Of a DNA stretch of 64,000 nucleotides, positions 51,420 through 64,000 are shown one piece after another. The notes under the pieces were generated by a model, which had not been told where the DNA came from, did not search any database, and saw only the letters and a program-made list of their open reading frames with translations. The DNA is from Camelus ferus (Eukaryota): contig NC_045707.1 of assembly GCF_009834535.1 (NCBI RefSeq), positions 63,180,001 through 63,244,000 on the forward strand. The letters are read 5' to 3'. Every line of letters begins with the position of its first letter. The stretch's first letter is position 1. Both the position numbers and the translations under genes were made by a program.

Positions 51420-54400
51420 TATTGCGAGATGACACGCATAGAAGAAGAAATAAAATACAATCTTAAAAATAGTAATATATTGAAAACTCCAATAGAGCCA
51501 CTATCCAGGTTAAGAAATATTACTTAGCCAACCACATCATAACCAATCACTTTTAACGTGTGCCCTGATCACCACACTGTCCTTCCTCCTTAGACATAAA
51601 CACAATCCTGATACTTGTAATAGACATTCCCTTACATTTCTTTAGAGTTTTATTGCCTAAGTATGCATCCTCCAAATAATATACAATACTTTGGTTTTTC
51701 TGTTTGTTAAGTTAATATAAATGGAGTCACGTAGGGTATTTTATCTTGAGAACTGCAACATTTATTCAAAACAATCTTTGTGAGAATCGTATATTTTTTA
51801 AAATATAGTTTATTCATATTTCAGCTCATTGTGTGACTATTACCATTCTACCATTGATTTACATTCAAGTATTTCCTGGAGTTGGACATTATAAACAATT
51901 CTGTTAAGAACGTGTCTTGAAGAGGCACATGTCCCTGAGAATCTCAGGAGTACACTTGGGAGTGGACTTGCTGAGTCATAGGATAGATCCAACTTCAGCT
52001 TTATTAAATAACGTCTAACTTTTCTGAATTGAGAAATAAATTTACATTTCCACCAGGGATGAGTTCTGCCACATCTTTACTAATAATTTGGGCTGTCAGG
52101 CTTTATAATTTTTTTTTTGCCAAACAGATGGGAAAATAATGGCATTTCACTGTAGTTTTATTTTACATTTCTCTGTTAATAAAATTGGTCATGTTTCATA
52201 TACTTATTGACAATTTGGGTTTCCTCTTTTTGTGATGTGCCTAGAGAAGCCTTTTATCCGTATTACTGTGAAGTTGTCTTTTTTCCATATTGATTTGTTC
52301 TTCTTAATATGTACCAGATAGCTGACCCTTTCTTTGGTTAAACAAATTGTTAATAACTTCTCCAGCTCTGTAATGCGTCTTACCATGCTTTTAATGGGTT
52401 CTTTGGACGAACAGACATTGCTAATTTTAATGCAATCAATATATCAACCTTCTTTATAGATACTGGTGTTTATATATATTGTATAAGTTAGCCTTCCCTA
52501 CCGTGAGTTATGAAGAAACTCTCCTATGTTAACTTCCAGAACTTTGCATTTTGCCTTTGACATGTAATTCTATAATCTGCATGGAGTCAGTTTTTGTATA
52601 GTGGGATAAAAGAATCAAGTTTAATTTTTTTCCTATTTGGATATCTAAATGGCCCAACATTATTCATTAAAAAGTCTGCCTTTTGCAAACTAATCTATAG
52701 AGCTCTCTCTTTAACATATCAAATGTCCATAGCAGGTGGGTTTCTTCTTGGCCCCTCCATCCTGTCCTTTTGGTCTATTTGCCTAGCCTCATGCCACTGA
52801 CATATTCATTTTTATATACTTTTAACATATATTTGATACATATTTTGTATCTGCTATAAAATACTTTGATACTTGATAAGGCAATACTCCCTCACCTTGT
52901 ACTCCTTTTCCAAGGGATTTTTGACTCTCTTTTTGACCCTTTAAATTTCCATATAATTTCTGAACCAGCTTGCTGAGTTGAACCAAAGAGTCTGCTAGGA
53001 TTTGGTTTATAATTCATTGACTCTACAGATTAACTGAGACAAAATTGAGACATTTTTTAATTTTGAGTATTTCATTCTATTGATTCTTGTTTGAAATTTA
53101 TTTAGGTCATTTTTAATGTAAATTTTTACATTTTTCCCCACAGAACTCATGTATCTTTGCTAGATTTATTCCCACATACTTCATATTTTTTTAACCAGAG
53201 TCAAATGTGTTATTTCATTTTACCTGCTATGTTGCTGGTATATAAAAATATGATTCACTATTGTATATGAATGTGTGTCTAGCAATCTTATTAAACATAT
53301 TAATCACATAACTTTCTTGGTTGTTTCTATATAGAATCATGTCATCTGTAAACAATGGCAACTTTGTATTTTGTATTTCAACCTCACATCTTTTAATGTT
53401 TTTCTGCCTTACTTCACTGGCCGAGGCTGCCAGTATGATATGAAATAGATGTGGTGGTCAGTCAGCAAATATCATTGTCTGATTCCTGATCCAAAAAAAG
53501 AAAATGTTCAGTGTTTCATCATTAAGTTCTATTGTGCTATATGATGTTTGCAAATGATCTTTTAATAATATTAAAACTGCTTATATAGATTGCTAAGTAG
53601 TTTTGTCATGAATTATTGGCTTTGATTAAATATTTTTCTCCATCTACTGAAATGGTCATGTATTTCTTCTTTTGTATTCTTATACTGTCCTCCCTCAACA
53701 CTCGTTGACTTTCAAAGGTTTAATTAAGCTCACATTTCTGGAATAAATGCAGCTTTGAAATGTATTTTATACTTGCTACTTTTTTTGTTTAGGATTTTTG
53801 CACTTATGTTCATGGATGAGAAACACCTATAATTTTCCCTTTTACAATGGCCATGTCAGATGCTGATTTTTAAATTATGCTGGCCTTATAGAATGAATTT
53901 GGGATCATTCCTGCTTTTCTACTGAATTTAAGAATTTTTGTAAAATTAATGTTATTCTCTTCTCTTACTATTTTTTTAGAATATGATAGAATTCAATAAT
54001 AAAGTCAGCTAGACTCAGAGTCTTCCTTGTAAGACTATTTTAGCATATTCAATATATTTAATAGATAAAGGACTATTCATATATTTCTATCTTTTTTTTG
54101 TCAACACTAGTAAGTTTATTCTTTCTAGGAATTTGTCCATTTTACTAAAACTGTCAAAAATAGAAGCATGAAGTATTAATAAGAGCCTCATATTATTTTG
54201 AACATATTTGTTATCTGTGGTGATACCTTTTTTTATTCTGTTCATTGATTAGTTCTGTATCTTCATTTTTTATTCCTTGATTAATCTTCACAAATATTTG
54301 TAAGTTTTTTTTCAGGAAATCAGCTTATGGTCACCTGCTTTCAGACAGTTTCACAGTTCTTTAATTTCTGCCTTCTTTCTGGATAAGGCAATGATCTTAA

Positions 54401-55860
54401 ACACTTGAACTACATTTATTCCCCTCTGAATGGATAGCTTATCACTATCAGTTTACTTCTATTTTAAATTTCATGAAGCATTTTAATTAGTATTTTAAAC
54501 AATTAATATGACTTTGTAGTTCCCTAGAAACTTACCAATTTCTTTCCTGTCATTTCTCTTGCTTTCCAGACCTTCCATCTGGGATCATTTTCCTTCAGTC
54601 TGAATGATATCTGTATTGAAATTTTAGGCCAAATTATGCTGTGACAACAGATGACTCCAAAATCTTATTGGCTTGCAACCTCAAAGGTCTGTTTTTCTCT
54701 CACATTTATGCCCATCATGGATCAACTACAGCTATGCTCTCTCACATTTATGCCCAGTGGATCAACTACAGCTATGCTCAATGGACTCTTCATTTCAGGA
54801 TCAAAGCTACAGGGACAATTCCCATCTAGGACAACAGGTTTAAAACTTCAGTTCAGAAGTGTTACATGTCACTTCCACTCACACTGCATTGGCTAATAGA
54901 TTGAGATGGTCAAATCTGACAGCACTGTGGCTTGGGATCCATGTTAGAAAGAGCCAGAAAGCCTTCTGACATTAGTGGGATCTACCCAGCCCTTCTTTAG
55001 TGCTTCCAGTAGAGTCTGTTAATGACAAACTCAGTATTTGTCCGTCCAAAAAATGTTCTGCATTTACTGACATTCTCTGGGTATGCAATTCTCCAGGTAT
55101 TTTTCATTTTGGAACAAGGATATCCTTCCACTTTTTCCCGACTTCATTGTTACTATTAAGAAGTTAACTGTCAGCCTAACTGGTGCCATTCTGAAGATAA
55201 TCTTTTTTTAAATCTCTGGGTGCTTTTAAGATCTTAACTTGTGTTTGGTGACTGAATATGATATATTCAGGTGTGCATTCCTTCCTACTTCTCATGCTTG
55301 GATTTGCTGGGAATTTTGAATCCACAGATTGTATTGTTCTGTTTTGAAAAATTTGCAGCCAATATATCTCATCAGATATTATCTCTTCATCATTCTTTCT
55401 CTCCTTTTCTTCTAGAACTCCAATTAGACATATATCATTCCTCATATATTCGACTTTTTCTTTCTGGCCCCCATGACTTGTAATGTCTCTTTCCAACTGA
55501 ATCTTCTGCAGAATTGTTTTGACTGATTCATTGAGTTTTTAATCTCAATTATTGAATTTCTCATTTCTAAAATGTGTATTTTTTGCTTTTTTTCAAATAT
55601 GCTAGGGCATATTTAAAATGCTCTAATTTCAAATATGTTATTTCTCTGAACGTTGTTAGCATGATTCTTTTATAATTTGTGACTATAATTACAATATCTA
55701 AAGTATTTGCACATATGTGTTTGTTTTATGTTTTGTTAGCCGGTTCTTGCTATCGATGCCTTATTTCCATGTGAGACTGGTTATTATTGCCAGTAAGTGC
55801 CATTGAGCCATTTTCCTTAGAAAAATGTTTATGGATGTCCTTTGAGGCTAAGATGAAGGT
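51420..55860 (-). mobile_element. Long ancient L1ME-type element, same sense as TRHDE, interrupted by an MLT1 LTR
   Basis: T-rich antisense L1 text throughout; minus ORFs 52204..52386 (ORF2-like) and 55176..55496 (ORF1-like: DICLIGVLEEKERKN..IISDEI). Confidence 0.75.
54610..54990 (-). mobile_element. MaLR solo LTR (MLT1J/K-like) containing a 40-42 bp tandem duplication
   Basis: ttatgctgtgacaaca...ccaaaatctt..tggcttgcaac...gtcacttccactcac...cattggctaa. Confidence 0.65.
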
Positions 55861-58136
55861 AACTTTCTAGGGAAAAAAAAAAAAGCTTTTAATTTACTTC
55901 TGCTGGGTTTCTAAGTCCAGAAGCAATTAAACAGACTTGAGATTTGGGGCAACAATCAACCATGTAAATTTGAGTTTCAAATACACATGAGAACCAGACT
56001 GTGGTTATAATTTCTCTGAGAGCTCCCTCTCCTGCTTTGGCCAATATCAAGATGATCTTCCTTATAGACATATGGTCTTGGAAGAATGAGGCCAGCTGGA
56101 GTCAGACCCCAGTCTTATATATGCTTTAGTTTTTCCCACGTGTAAGAAAGACATAGGTCCTCTATGGCTTCCAACTGTACGAAACATTTAGAGTTGAAAG
56201 TTGCCTCACTGACGTCTTCACCAACTAGCTTTGAGAGGAAGGGAACAGACCATCCTTCTCCTAAGGGCAGTGGAATGGAGACTCATGACAGGGCCATAGT
56301 TCTTTAAAAAGAAATATCTTTGGCAATTCATTCCTCCAGGTCCTTTCTGACTCTCTAAGGCCCTGATCTCACTGAGGGATCCGAGAGTCATGGATCACCT
56401 TATCATTCATTCTCTATAAATTCTGCGTGAAAAAATGAACCATCCTACGCCTACTTGGCATCCTTCTATATACGGTCTTAATAACACCTCAATCAAAAAT
56501 GGGACAACCTCTACACTTTGATATCATTTTTTCCTAATCAAAAATAAATTATCAAAATTCATTTTTTAAATCATTAACCTCGTATTTAGCCATGTTCTAT
56601 CTGTGTGGTGCTTATGTTAAGAAGCCTGATACTTACTTATACCATTTCTTTAATGTTATTTTTAAAGACTCCAGTAAAACTACATGATGTAGTCAACTGT
56701 AATGGCCTGTTGGAATTTCAAAGTTGCTAATTGACAAAGAAAGCCAAACTCTGATAGAAAAATAAATGAAAGCAATAAATATGTATCTCACTAGGAAGAA
56801 GTCAGAGGCAGAACTTTGAAGCTTTCTAAAACAGCAAAATTGATTTCAATAAATACATAGGAGAAGTAGGTATTTTAAAGTTTCCTTCAGGAGGAGAAAA
56901 ACTTACCTTCACCAAAAACATCCAGGGACAGCTCCTCTCATTTCTTATTAGGACAGTCAACACCTATCAGTAAAAAACCTATTTCCTCCAAAAGCTGTGT
57001 GCCTCTTACATGAGGAGAAACCTGAATACCTTGGCCCCTGCTCAGAGGCAATGATATTGTAAGCCAAGAGATCTTTGATGGACTTCCACTGGGAGTTTCA
57101 GTGGAAACAGTAATCTGTTGTCATTATACAGAACACTATGCAATGCCCTGGGACGCCCTACTTCCCATACATCAAAAGTTCTACTTGAATGCAACTGATC
57201 TATTTTGGGGAAGGCAATCCTACGCAGAATCAGATTTGTCACAGCACATTCCTTTAATCCTTAGCAGTATGAGCTCTGTAAACACAGTATTTGAAATAAT
57301 ATTACACATTATTTTATACTGAAGCCTTCAGAGTCCTGCATCCCTGGATGCTTTCTAGCAAAAGCAGCCAAGTTACTTACTTAAGCTTCTTTTTCATTTT
57401 CTTTTTTTTTTTTTAAAGCAGGAGAGAAGTAACAGTCCAAAGGCCCAGTAAGCAAAGAAATGTTTGAATACTGAGAGGAGTTAATGAATCATAGAGAGAT
57501 ATTGCCGTTGGCAAGTCTTACAAAGCAAAGGTTCCTGCAAAGTAACAGTGATGCGAATTAAAGACAGGGATGCTGACCATCTATCTGATGTCTATATGCC
57601 AAAATGTTGGTCTCAGTAACTGTTCCGTGTATAAAGACTGCCAACTTGCTTGCAAATATAATCCTCATGAAATGTTATGTTTTCCCTTCCACTGACCAAG
57701 CATTCACCCTTTGAGAAATATCACAAAGGACTTTGTGTGAGGCTTTGAATGAATCTGCATAAAACCTCTGTGAATTAGCCAAGTGGTTTTTTTTTTGTTT
57801 GTTTGTTTGATTTGTTTCTTATTTTCCCTTTTGTGGTTCAAACACTCAGAGAACAGATGTGATAGGGAAAAATAACAGTAGACTTCAATGAGATCGGCTT
57901 AAGATAAGTGACGACTTTGGGGGAAAGTATAATCAGGAATTAGGTTGGTATTGGAGATGAGATTTACCAATGTGCAACTAGAGAACCAAATCAAATAATG
58001 AAAGAGAACCACTGAAGAGAACGGAGACACCTTAAACATGGCAACTGGAGTATGATCTATGTAGAGGTCAATTTAAATGAACAAAAACAAACAAGTTATG
58101 TACATCATTTTGCAAGTCAATAGATAAGAAATTAAA

Positions 58137-58900
58137 TTCAAAAATCCACAAATGACAAATGCTGGAGAGGCTGTGGAGAAAGGGGAACCCTCCTACACTG
58201 CTGGTGGGAATGCAGTTTGGTGCAGCCACTGTGGAAAACAGTATGGAGATTCCTCAAAAGACTAGGAATAGACTTACCATATGACCCAGCAGTCCCTCTC
58301 CTGGGCATATATCCAGAAGGAATCCTACATCAGGATGACACCTGCACCCCAATGTTCATAGCAGCACTATTTACAACAGCCAAGACATGGAAACAGCCTA
58401 AATGTCCATCAATGGATGACTGGATAAAGAAGATGTGGTATATTTATACAATGGAATACTACTCAGCCATAAAAACCGACAACATAACGCCATTTGCAGC
58501 AACATGGATGCTCCTGGAGAATGTCATTCTAAGTGAAGTAAGCCAGAAAGAGAAAGAAAAATACCATATGAGATCGCTCATATGTGGAATCTAAAAAAAA
58601 AAAAAAAGCATTATATAAAATAGAAATAGACTCAGACATAGAATACAAACTTGTGGTTGCCAAGGGGGCAGAGGGTGGGAAGGGATAGATGGGATTTCAA
58701 AATTGTAGAATAGATAAACAAGATTATACTGTATAGCACAGGGAAATATATACAAGATCTTATGGTAGCTCACGGAGAAAAAAATGTGACAATGAATATA
58801 TATATGTTCATGTATGACTGAAAAATTGTGCTCTACACTGGAATTTGACAAAACATTGTAAAATGATTATAAATCACTAAAATTTTAAAGAAAAAAAAAG
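58137..58900 (+). mobile_element. Young lineage-specific 5'-truncated L1 (copy B) with an open ORF2 C-terminus
   Basis: ORF 58217..58594 ([32 protein letters not shown]...HMRSLICGI) is uninterrupted; probable TSD agaaattaaa (58127-58136) / agaaagtaaa (58901-58910). Confidence 0.93.
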
Positions 58901-59229
58901 AGAAAGTAAACATTATCTCCTCCATAAGGCATTCCATGATCTTCCCCATACCCATCACCAAATAGAATCGTTACAGTGTCCTGGGATGGTATTCTATTGT
59001 ATATACTTATACATTGTTCTCTTTGTCTCAGTATCATCTTCTGTAAAAAGAAATAGTGACTTAAAAAACTAAGGATTAAATGGAATAACTCCCAAAAGCT
59101 CCTAACACGTGCCTTAAACACAGCAGGCACTCAACACATGATCGTTACGATTTTACTTTAAATATCTGTACTTAGATCTGTCCCCCTCGTTACAATCTCC
59201 TCGAAGAATTTATCACGGCTAATCAAAAC

Positions 59230-59430
59230 TAATAGCTACTATTAATTAAGAAGTTACTATATACTAAGCATGGTCTATGTGTTTCACGTGTGGATGCTAC
59301 TGTTATCCTTATTTACAGACAAGAAAACAGAGGCACTGACAGAATAACTAACTTGCCGTGGTCACCCATCTAGGAAACAGCAGAGCTAAGACTTAGCAAA
59401 AGTAGTCTGGCACGTAACTAGTACAACACA
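59230..59430. mobile_element. MIR SINE
   Basis: tttacagacaagaaaacagaggcac...taacttgcc.tggtcac...cagagct. Confidence 0.65.
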
Positions 59431-59450
59431 CTGAGTCCTGCTCCTATAGA

Positions 59451-59475
59451 AACACACACACACACACACACACAC
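59451..59475. repeat. (CA)n microsatellite
   Basis: Direct reading. Confidence 0.9.
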
Positions 59476-59884
59476 GCTTGTGTGCCTCCTGCTTAGCTAT
59501 AAGTAATACAGACATCAAGCCTTAGTCATCTTCATCTCCTTAACATTTTCCTTCCTACCCATAGTCAAAATCAGAAATGCCTGCTGAAATCACCTTCAAT
59601 TAGAACCAGCCCCCTTCACTCCACTCCAAGCCCCCATGGTCTGTTCTGGTACCTTTGGTTTCTGTCCTATAAGGGGTCTGCTTTTTTGACTACCTTCTGC
59701 AAATGGAAGTCTGATTAGACTTAAGCTGACTTTCAATACTGGCTTCATTCCAGAATCCGGACTGACCTTTGCCTTGAAACTCTGCTGTCTTTGGAAATGG
59801 CTTGTCCTACTCTGATCCAGGACCCTGAGGATCCACTCTAGGAATCCATCTTTCCTGGAAGGCAAGAATGAATATTCAGATTCC

Positions 59885-60080
59885 GTCTAACTTGGGATTG
59901 AACCCCAGGGACCCTGGGCAAGTTAACCTCTCTGAGCCTCAGCTTCCTCACTGGAACTTATGAGGACTTGTCTCACCAGGTTACTGTGAGAATGAAATAA
60001 AATAATACACGTAAAGCACTGAGAACGGTGCTCGCTACACAGCAAACAACGTGAAGGTGCGCTGAATGAAGAAAGGCTGA
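59885..60080. mobile_element. MIR SINE
   Basis: ctgggcaagttaacctctctgagcctcagcttcctca...gtgagaatgaaat...cgtaaagcactgagaac. Confidence 0.75.
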
Positions 60081-60314
60081 CAACAGGATAATTTTGTCTG
60101 CTTTTACTATTTCGTCTACTTGAACATCCGCATTTTTCACCTCCCCCTCATTCTTCAAGACTCAGCTCAACCATCATCTCTTCAAGGAAGTGGCCCTCAT
60201 TTCTGCATTCTCACAACAGTCTAAACAAACTTTTATCTTAGTCTTTTCCACATTCTGTGTCACATGTTTCTTTGTCTATACCACTAGATTTTCAGCTTCC
60301 TGATAGAGGCGGGA

Positions 60315-60316
60315 GT

Positions 60317-60359
<43 letters not shown>
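60315..60359. repeat. (TG)n microsatellite
   Basis: Direct reading. Confidence 0.95.
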
Positions 60360-60362
<3 letters not shown>

Positions 60363-60729
60363 AGTGTGGTTTAAGATGACTGCACATTACTTACCTTTGT
60401 TCCCCCAACCTAGGCATCAGCCTCTTCTGGACTAAAGAGAACTGAATATCTGATCTTATGCCAGAATCACCAAGTGAGGTGAACACTGGCAATGTAATGA
60501 GGCTGGATGAAGCAGAGGGAGAAGCAATCATCTGCTCACAATTGTATCTCAGCTCCAAGGCAGAGTGTAAGCACCTCGACCCTCCGCCCTGCCGCTGAAT
60601 CAGGCAGTCTCCCCAGTGGATGGACTACATTTTACCTTAGGGAGTAACAAACGAAGGTGTGTCCTGCTGAAAATAAGTCAGTGGGGATCTTTCATAAGAC
60701 ATAGCGTTCTCAAAACTGGGATGGGATAG

Positions 60730-61177
60730 TGTTATGGGATGAACTGCATCCCCTAAAAAGACAGTGAAGTCCTAACCCCCTGTACCTATAAACGTGACCT
60801 TATTTGAAATAGGTTCTTTGTAGAAGATCGACTTAAGATGAAGTTATTAGGGGAGCCCTAATCCAACAGGACTGATGTCCTTAAAAACGAAGACATCTGT
60901 ACACAGAGACAGAAGGAAGACACGCACACGTGGAGAATGTCAGATGAAGATAAAGGCGAAAATCAGGGTGATGCTCCTATAAGCCAAGGACAGCGCAGAC
61001 GGCCGGCGAACCACCAGAGGCGCGGAGAAAGGCACGGACAGCTTCTCCCTCACAGCCCTCAGAAGGAACCAAATCTGCCCACACCTCGATATTGATCTTC
61101 TCACCTCCAGGGCTGTGAGACAAGGAAACTTCACCCAGTTTGGGGTACTGCTACCGTAGCCCCAGCAGACTAACACA
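60730..61177 (+). mobile_element. MaLR solo LTR (MLT1B/C-like)
   Basis: tgttatgggatgaactgcatcccc...gtgaccttatttgaaatagg...ctcagaaggaacc...cagcagactaacaca. Confidence 0.85.
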
Positions 61178-61715
61178 GATTTGTTCAGGAAGCAGTTAGG
61201 GACACCTCCATACAGGATAAGTATAATAGAATTCAGTCAAGAAAATAAGTATATGTCACCATTTTAACCAAAATACTGAAACAAAGGGAAAAAAAATGGT
61301 ACACATCTCGGGCGAACAATGCCACTCAGCAGCGTTTCAACCGCATCTGGAAAGGCACGCTCTCTTCAACGCCAGTCATTACTATCCTCTTTCCAACTGT
61401 CCGCGGTCCACACCTGCTCATCTACTTCTATTCTTCCAAAGGAGCATTTGTTAAGTCTATTTTAAGATAATATATACAATAGTTCAAGTAGATTTTTAAA
61501 TGACACTGAATATAAGATTCAAAATTCTCCTACTAATGATATTCCTGTGTATTTTATAAAACCTGTTAATGTGAACTTGATCGCTTTTCTTCTACTTAAA
61601 CTGTACTTACCAGTGTGAAGAAAAACGTCAGCTTCTCTATTTGTGTCATGGTCAACTGCAGGCTCAGGAGCACACCGCTTGGGGGCAAACCCTTTTCTTT
61701 TCCACTTGCTTTGAT

Positions 61716-62549
61716 TGTGATTAAACAGGTCCTGGTACCCATTCCAGTGATGGTAGGGGAGGCTCCCACACCAACAAGCAGTTCTCTGGGACACCAGCTG
61801 GGTGTCATACAATTCAACTTAATTCTGACACTCTCTCCCCAGAGAGAGCATCAGATTCCACAGGTGAAGGAAGGGTTCAGACTTACAGGCCTGCTCCTCC
61901 CGCCCGGCCCCATCCCACTTCAGAGGTGCCAACCCTAAGTCCAGGTTGTTACCTCTACTGCTGACCAGCTGGCTAGGTTCCAAGGACACCCTCCTGGGGT
62001 TTGATTAATTGGCTAGAGTGGCTCACAAGAACTCAGAGAAACATTTTACTTACTAGACATCAGGTTGAATATAAAGAGCTATTAACTCAGGAACAGCCAG
62101 GTAGAAGAGATACACAGGGCAAGGTATGGGGAGGGGCACAGAGTTTCCATGCCCTCTACCGATGACCCACGCTCTCCCATCTCCACATGTTCACCAGCCT
62201 GGAAGCTCTTCAAACCATGTCCTCGCTGGGTTTTATGCATGCGTCGTTACATGGGCATGGTTGATTAAATTATTGACCACTGGTAATTGATTCAACCTCC
62301 AGTCCCTCTCCCCTCCCTCCCTCCCTCCCTTCTCCTCAAAGGTCAGAGAGTGGGACTGTAAGTTCCAACCCTCTAGTCATCTCCTTGGTTGTCCTGGCAA
62401 CCAGCCCCCATCCTCAGGGGCCATCCAGAAGTCACTTCATTAACATAACAAAAGACACTTCACCCCTCTCTTCACTTAGGGAATTCCAAGGATTTCAGAA
62501 AGGAACACAGAACAAACATACTTTTCTTATTATCAATCACAATAGCACA
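61716..62549 (-). mobile_element. MER21-like ERVL solo LTR (copy 2)
   Basis: Homologous to 11535-12432; termini tgtga...atcacaatagcaca. Confidence 0.8.
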
Positions 62550-63413
62550 ATGACTTTAGCCACTAAACCTTTTTAAGGCTCAGTTTTCCCCTCTGTAAAA
62601 TAAAGATGGTGGTAATACTAATCACATTAAGATACCAGAATTCAGTGAGAAAGTGGATGTGAAATGGTTAGCAAATGCCTTCTATGTAGTAAGACCTCAG
62701 TGTCAGTTATCACTGTTGCTGCCCTTAGTATTAGGTATGTATTAAATTCCAAGTGATACGTTAGAAAAATCGTAACTGTCATGGAGGTAAGCCTTAACAA
62801 AAGACAAATCCCCCCAAAAGCCAAAAATCACTTAAAATAATATCATTTAAAAATAAAAACTAAAAAGGATAAGATTTATCTTCTGATTGTTAATTTTTTT
62901 CCCTAGTGTATATGTATGTCATTTATAATAAAGCAAAGTTAAATACTAGTGTTATGCAAATATCATCTATCACTTATGTGTGGAACCTAAAAATAAGATA
63001 CAAATAGTGTTATGCATATAAAAAAGGAGAAAATGACTAACACCTTCCCGAAGTATTCTATTTTTAAAAATTGCGTATCCTCAGCAGATTATCTTAACTG
63101 TATACAAAATAATTCAAGAGAGAAATGATTTTAATCCATTAATGTTCTCCTCTAATTGAAAATTACTTTCTTCAAGCAAAGACGTAAAGTGCTCTAGGTA
63201 AGAAGATTCAAGAGCATTACTCTACTAGCAAAATGTTTCAGTAATCATAGCCTCCTTAATTAAGACCCTTTTTCCTCGAATCTGAACAGCATACAATTTA
63301 CAGTGAAATCAAATAGGTGATTTAACAAAATATATGTAATCTATAATCCAGTCCTGATATGTTTTATTTAAAACGGTCTCTGTAAACTATGGTTGTGGTT
63401 TACTTCTAAGTTT

Positions 63414-63415
<2 letters not shown>

Positions 63416-63451
<36 letters not shown>
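63416..63451. repeat. (CA)n microsatellite
   Basis: Direct reading. Confidence 0.95.
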
Positions 63452-63455
<4 letters not shown>

Positions 63456-64000
63456 TAGTAATAACTTGATAGATGTTTTTTGCCTGTGTCTCTGCTGAGT
63501 CCTCAGTCCCCCACGGTTTGAGAATATGCAATACTCAGTTAAACGGAAGCTCCGGAGGTGCACAGCTGCAATTGTGTATAACAAATACCTTTACGCTGAG
63601 AGTTCCTGTGACTCTATGAACTCTGATTTTGCTTACACCTTCATATTAAAGAGATGTATGTGTAGTTTAAGATGTGTATCTCCTTTGGAAAAAAAGATTA
63701 CTCATACCAACAGTAGTTAATACCAATGCTTAGTTTTCTACATTGCCATGGAAAAAAAATCTCAAAAATCAGGAAACGACTTTAATACCAATAAACTTGA
63801 AGACCTTGCAAAATACTGTCTGATTTTCACTATTTAAAATGACTCACTTGACTAATACACAGGGAAACATACTTGCTTAATTGAAAGAATTGAACACACC
63901 TCCATAAATATCTAATCTATATTCACCAAATGTCACTTTCTGATATTCATCTGTCAGTATGCTCACAAAAAGTAAAAATCACAAACAGCAAGATTCCCAT

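Noticed and set aside
58217..58594. 125-aa ORF as a host gene
   Set aside because: It is the C-terminus of L1 ORF2 in a truncated copy with no promoter or true start codon.
59763..59775. DR1 nuclear-receptor site TGACCTTTGCCTT
   Set aside because: A single motif match in 64 kb with no supporting context.
1..64000. A novel multi-gene system, CRISPR array or operon
   Set aside because: This is mammalian intron sequence. I saw no repeat-spacer array, no long non-repeat ORF and no prokaryotic or viral gene content.

Overview
Mammalian genomic DNA, AT-rich and dominated by repeats, lying entirely inside the TRHDE gene (thyrotropin-releasing hormone-degrading ectoenzyme / pyroglutamyl peptidase II, M1 zinc aminopeptidase family) on the minus strand. 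Two coding exons are present: 9697-9851 (155 nt; AAMEN and HEICH motifs) and 6573-6686 (114 nt; WLKEG, carrying the third zinc ligand). By analogy with the human gene these are probably exons 4 and 5. The rest is intron: about 54 kb of a very long upstream intron, a 3.0 kb intron between the exons, and 6.6 kb of the next intron. The introns hold LINE-1 of several ages, L2, MIR, MaLR/ERVL/ERV1 solo LTRs, hAT-Charlie MITEs, microsatellites and one tRNA-Ala-derived SINE. That SINE, the young L1 3' ends and the absence of Alu/B1/BovB/PRE-1/SINEC suggest a camelid (inference). I found no evidence for a new biological system. The most notable observations are small retrotransposition and repair footprints: a TSD-flanked 122-bp retrocopy with AATAAA and a poly(A) tail between the two catalytic exons, two young L1 copies truncated at almost the same point, a twin-primed inverted mini-L1, an unexplained possibly mRNA-derived fragment, and templated micro-insertions. 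Repeat subfamily names come from recall of consensus sequences and need RepeatMasker/Dfam confirmation; most repeat boundaries are approximate.
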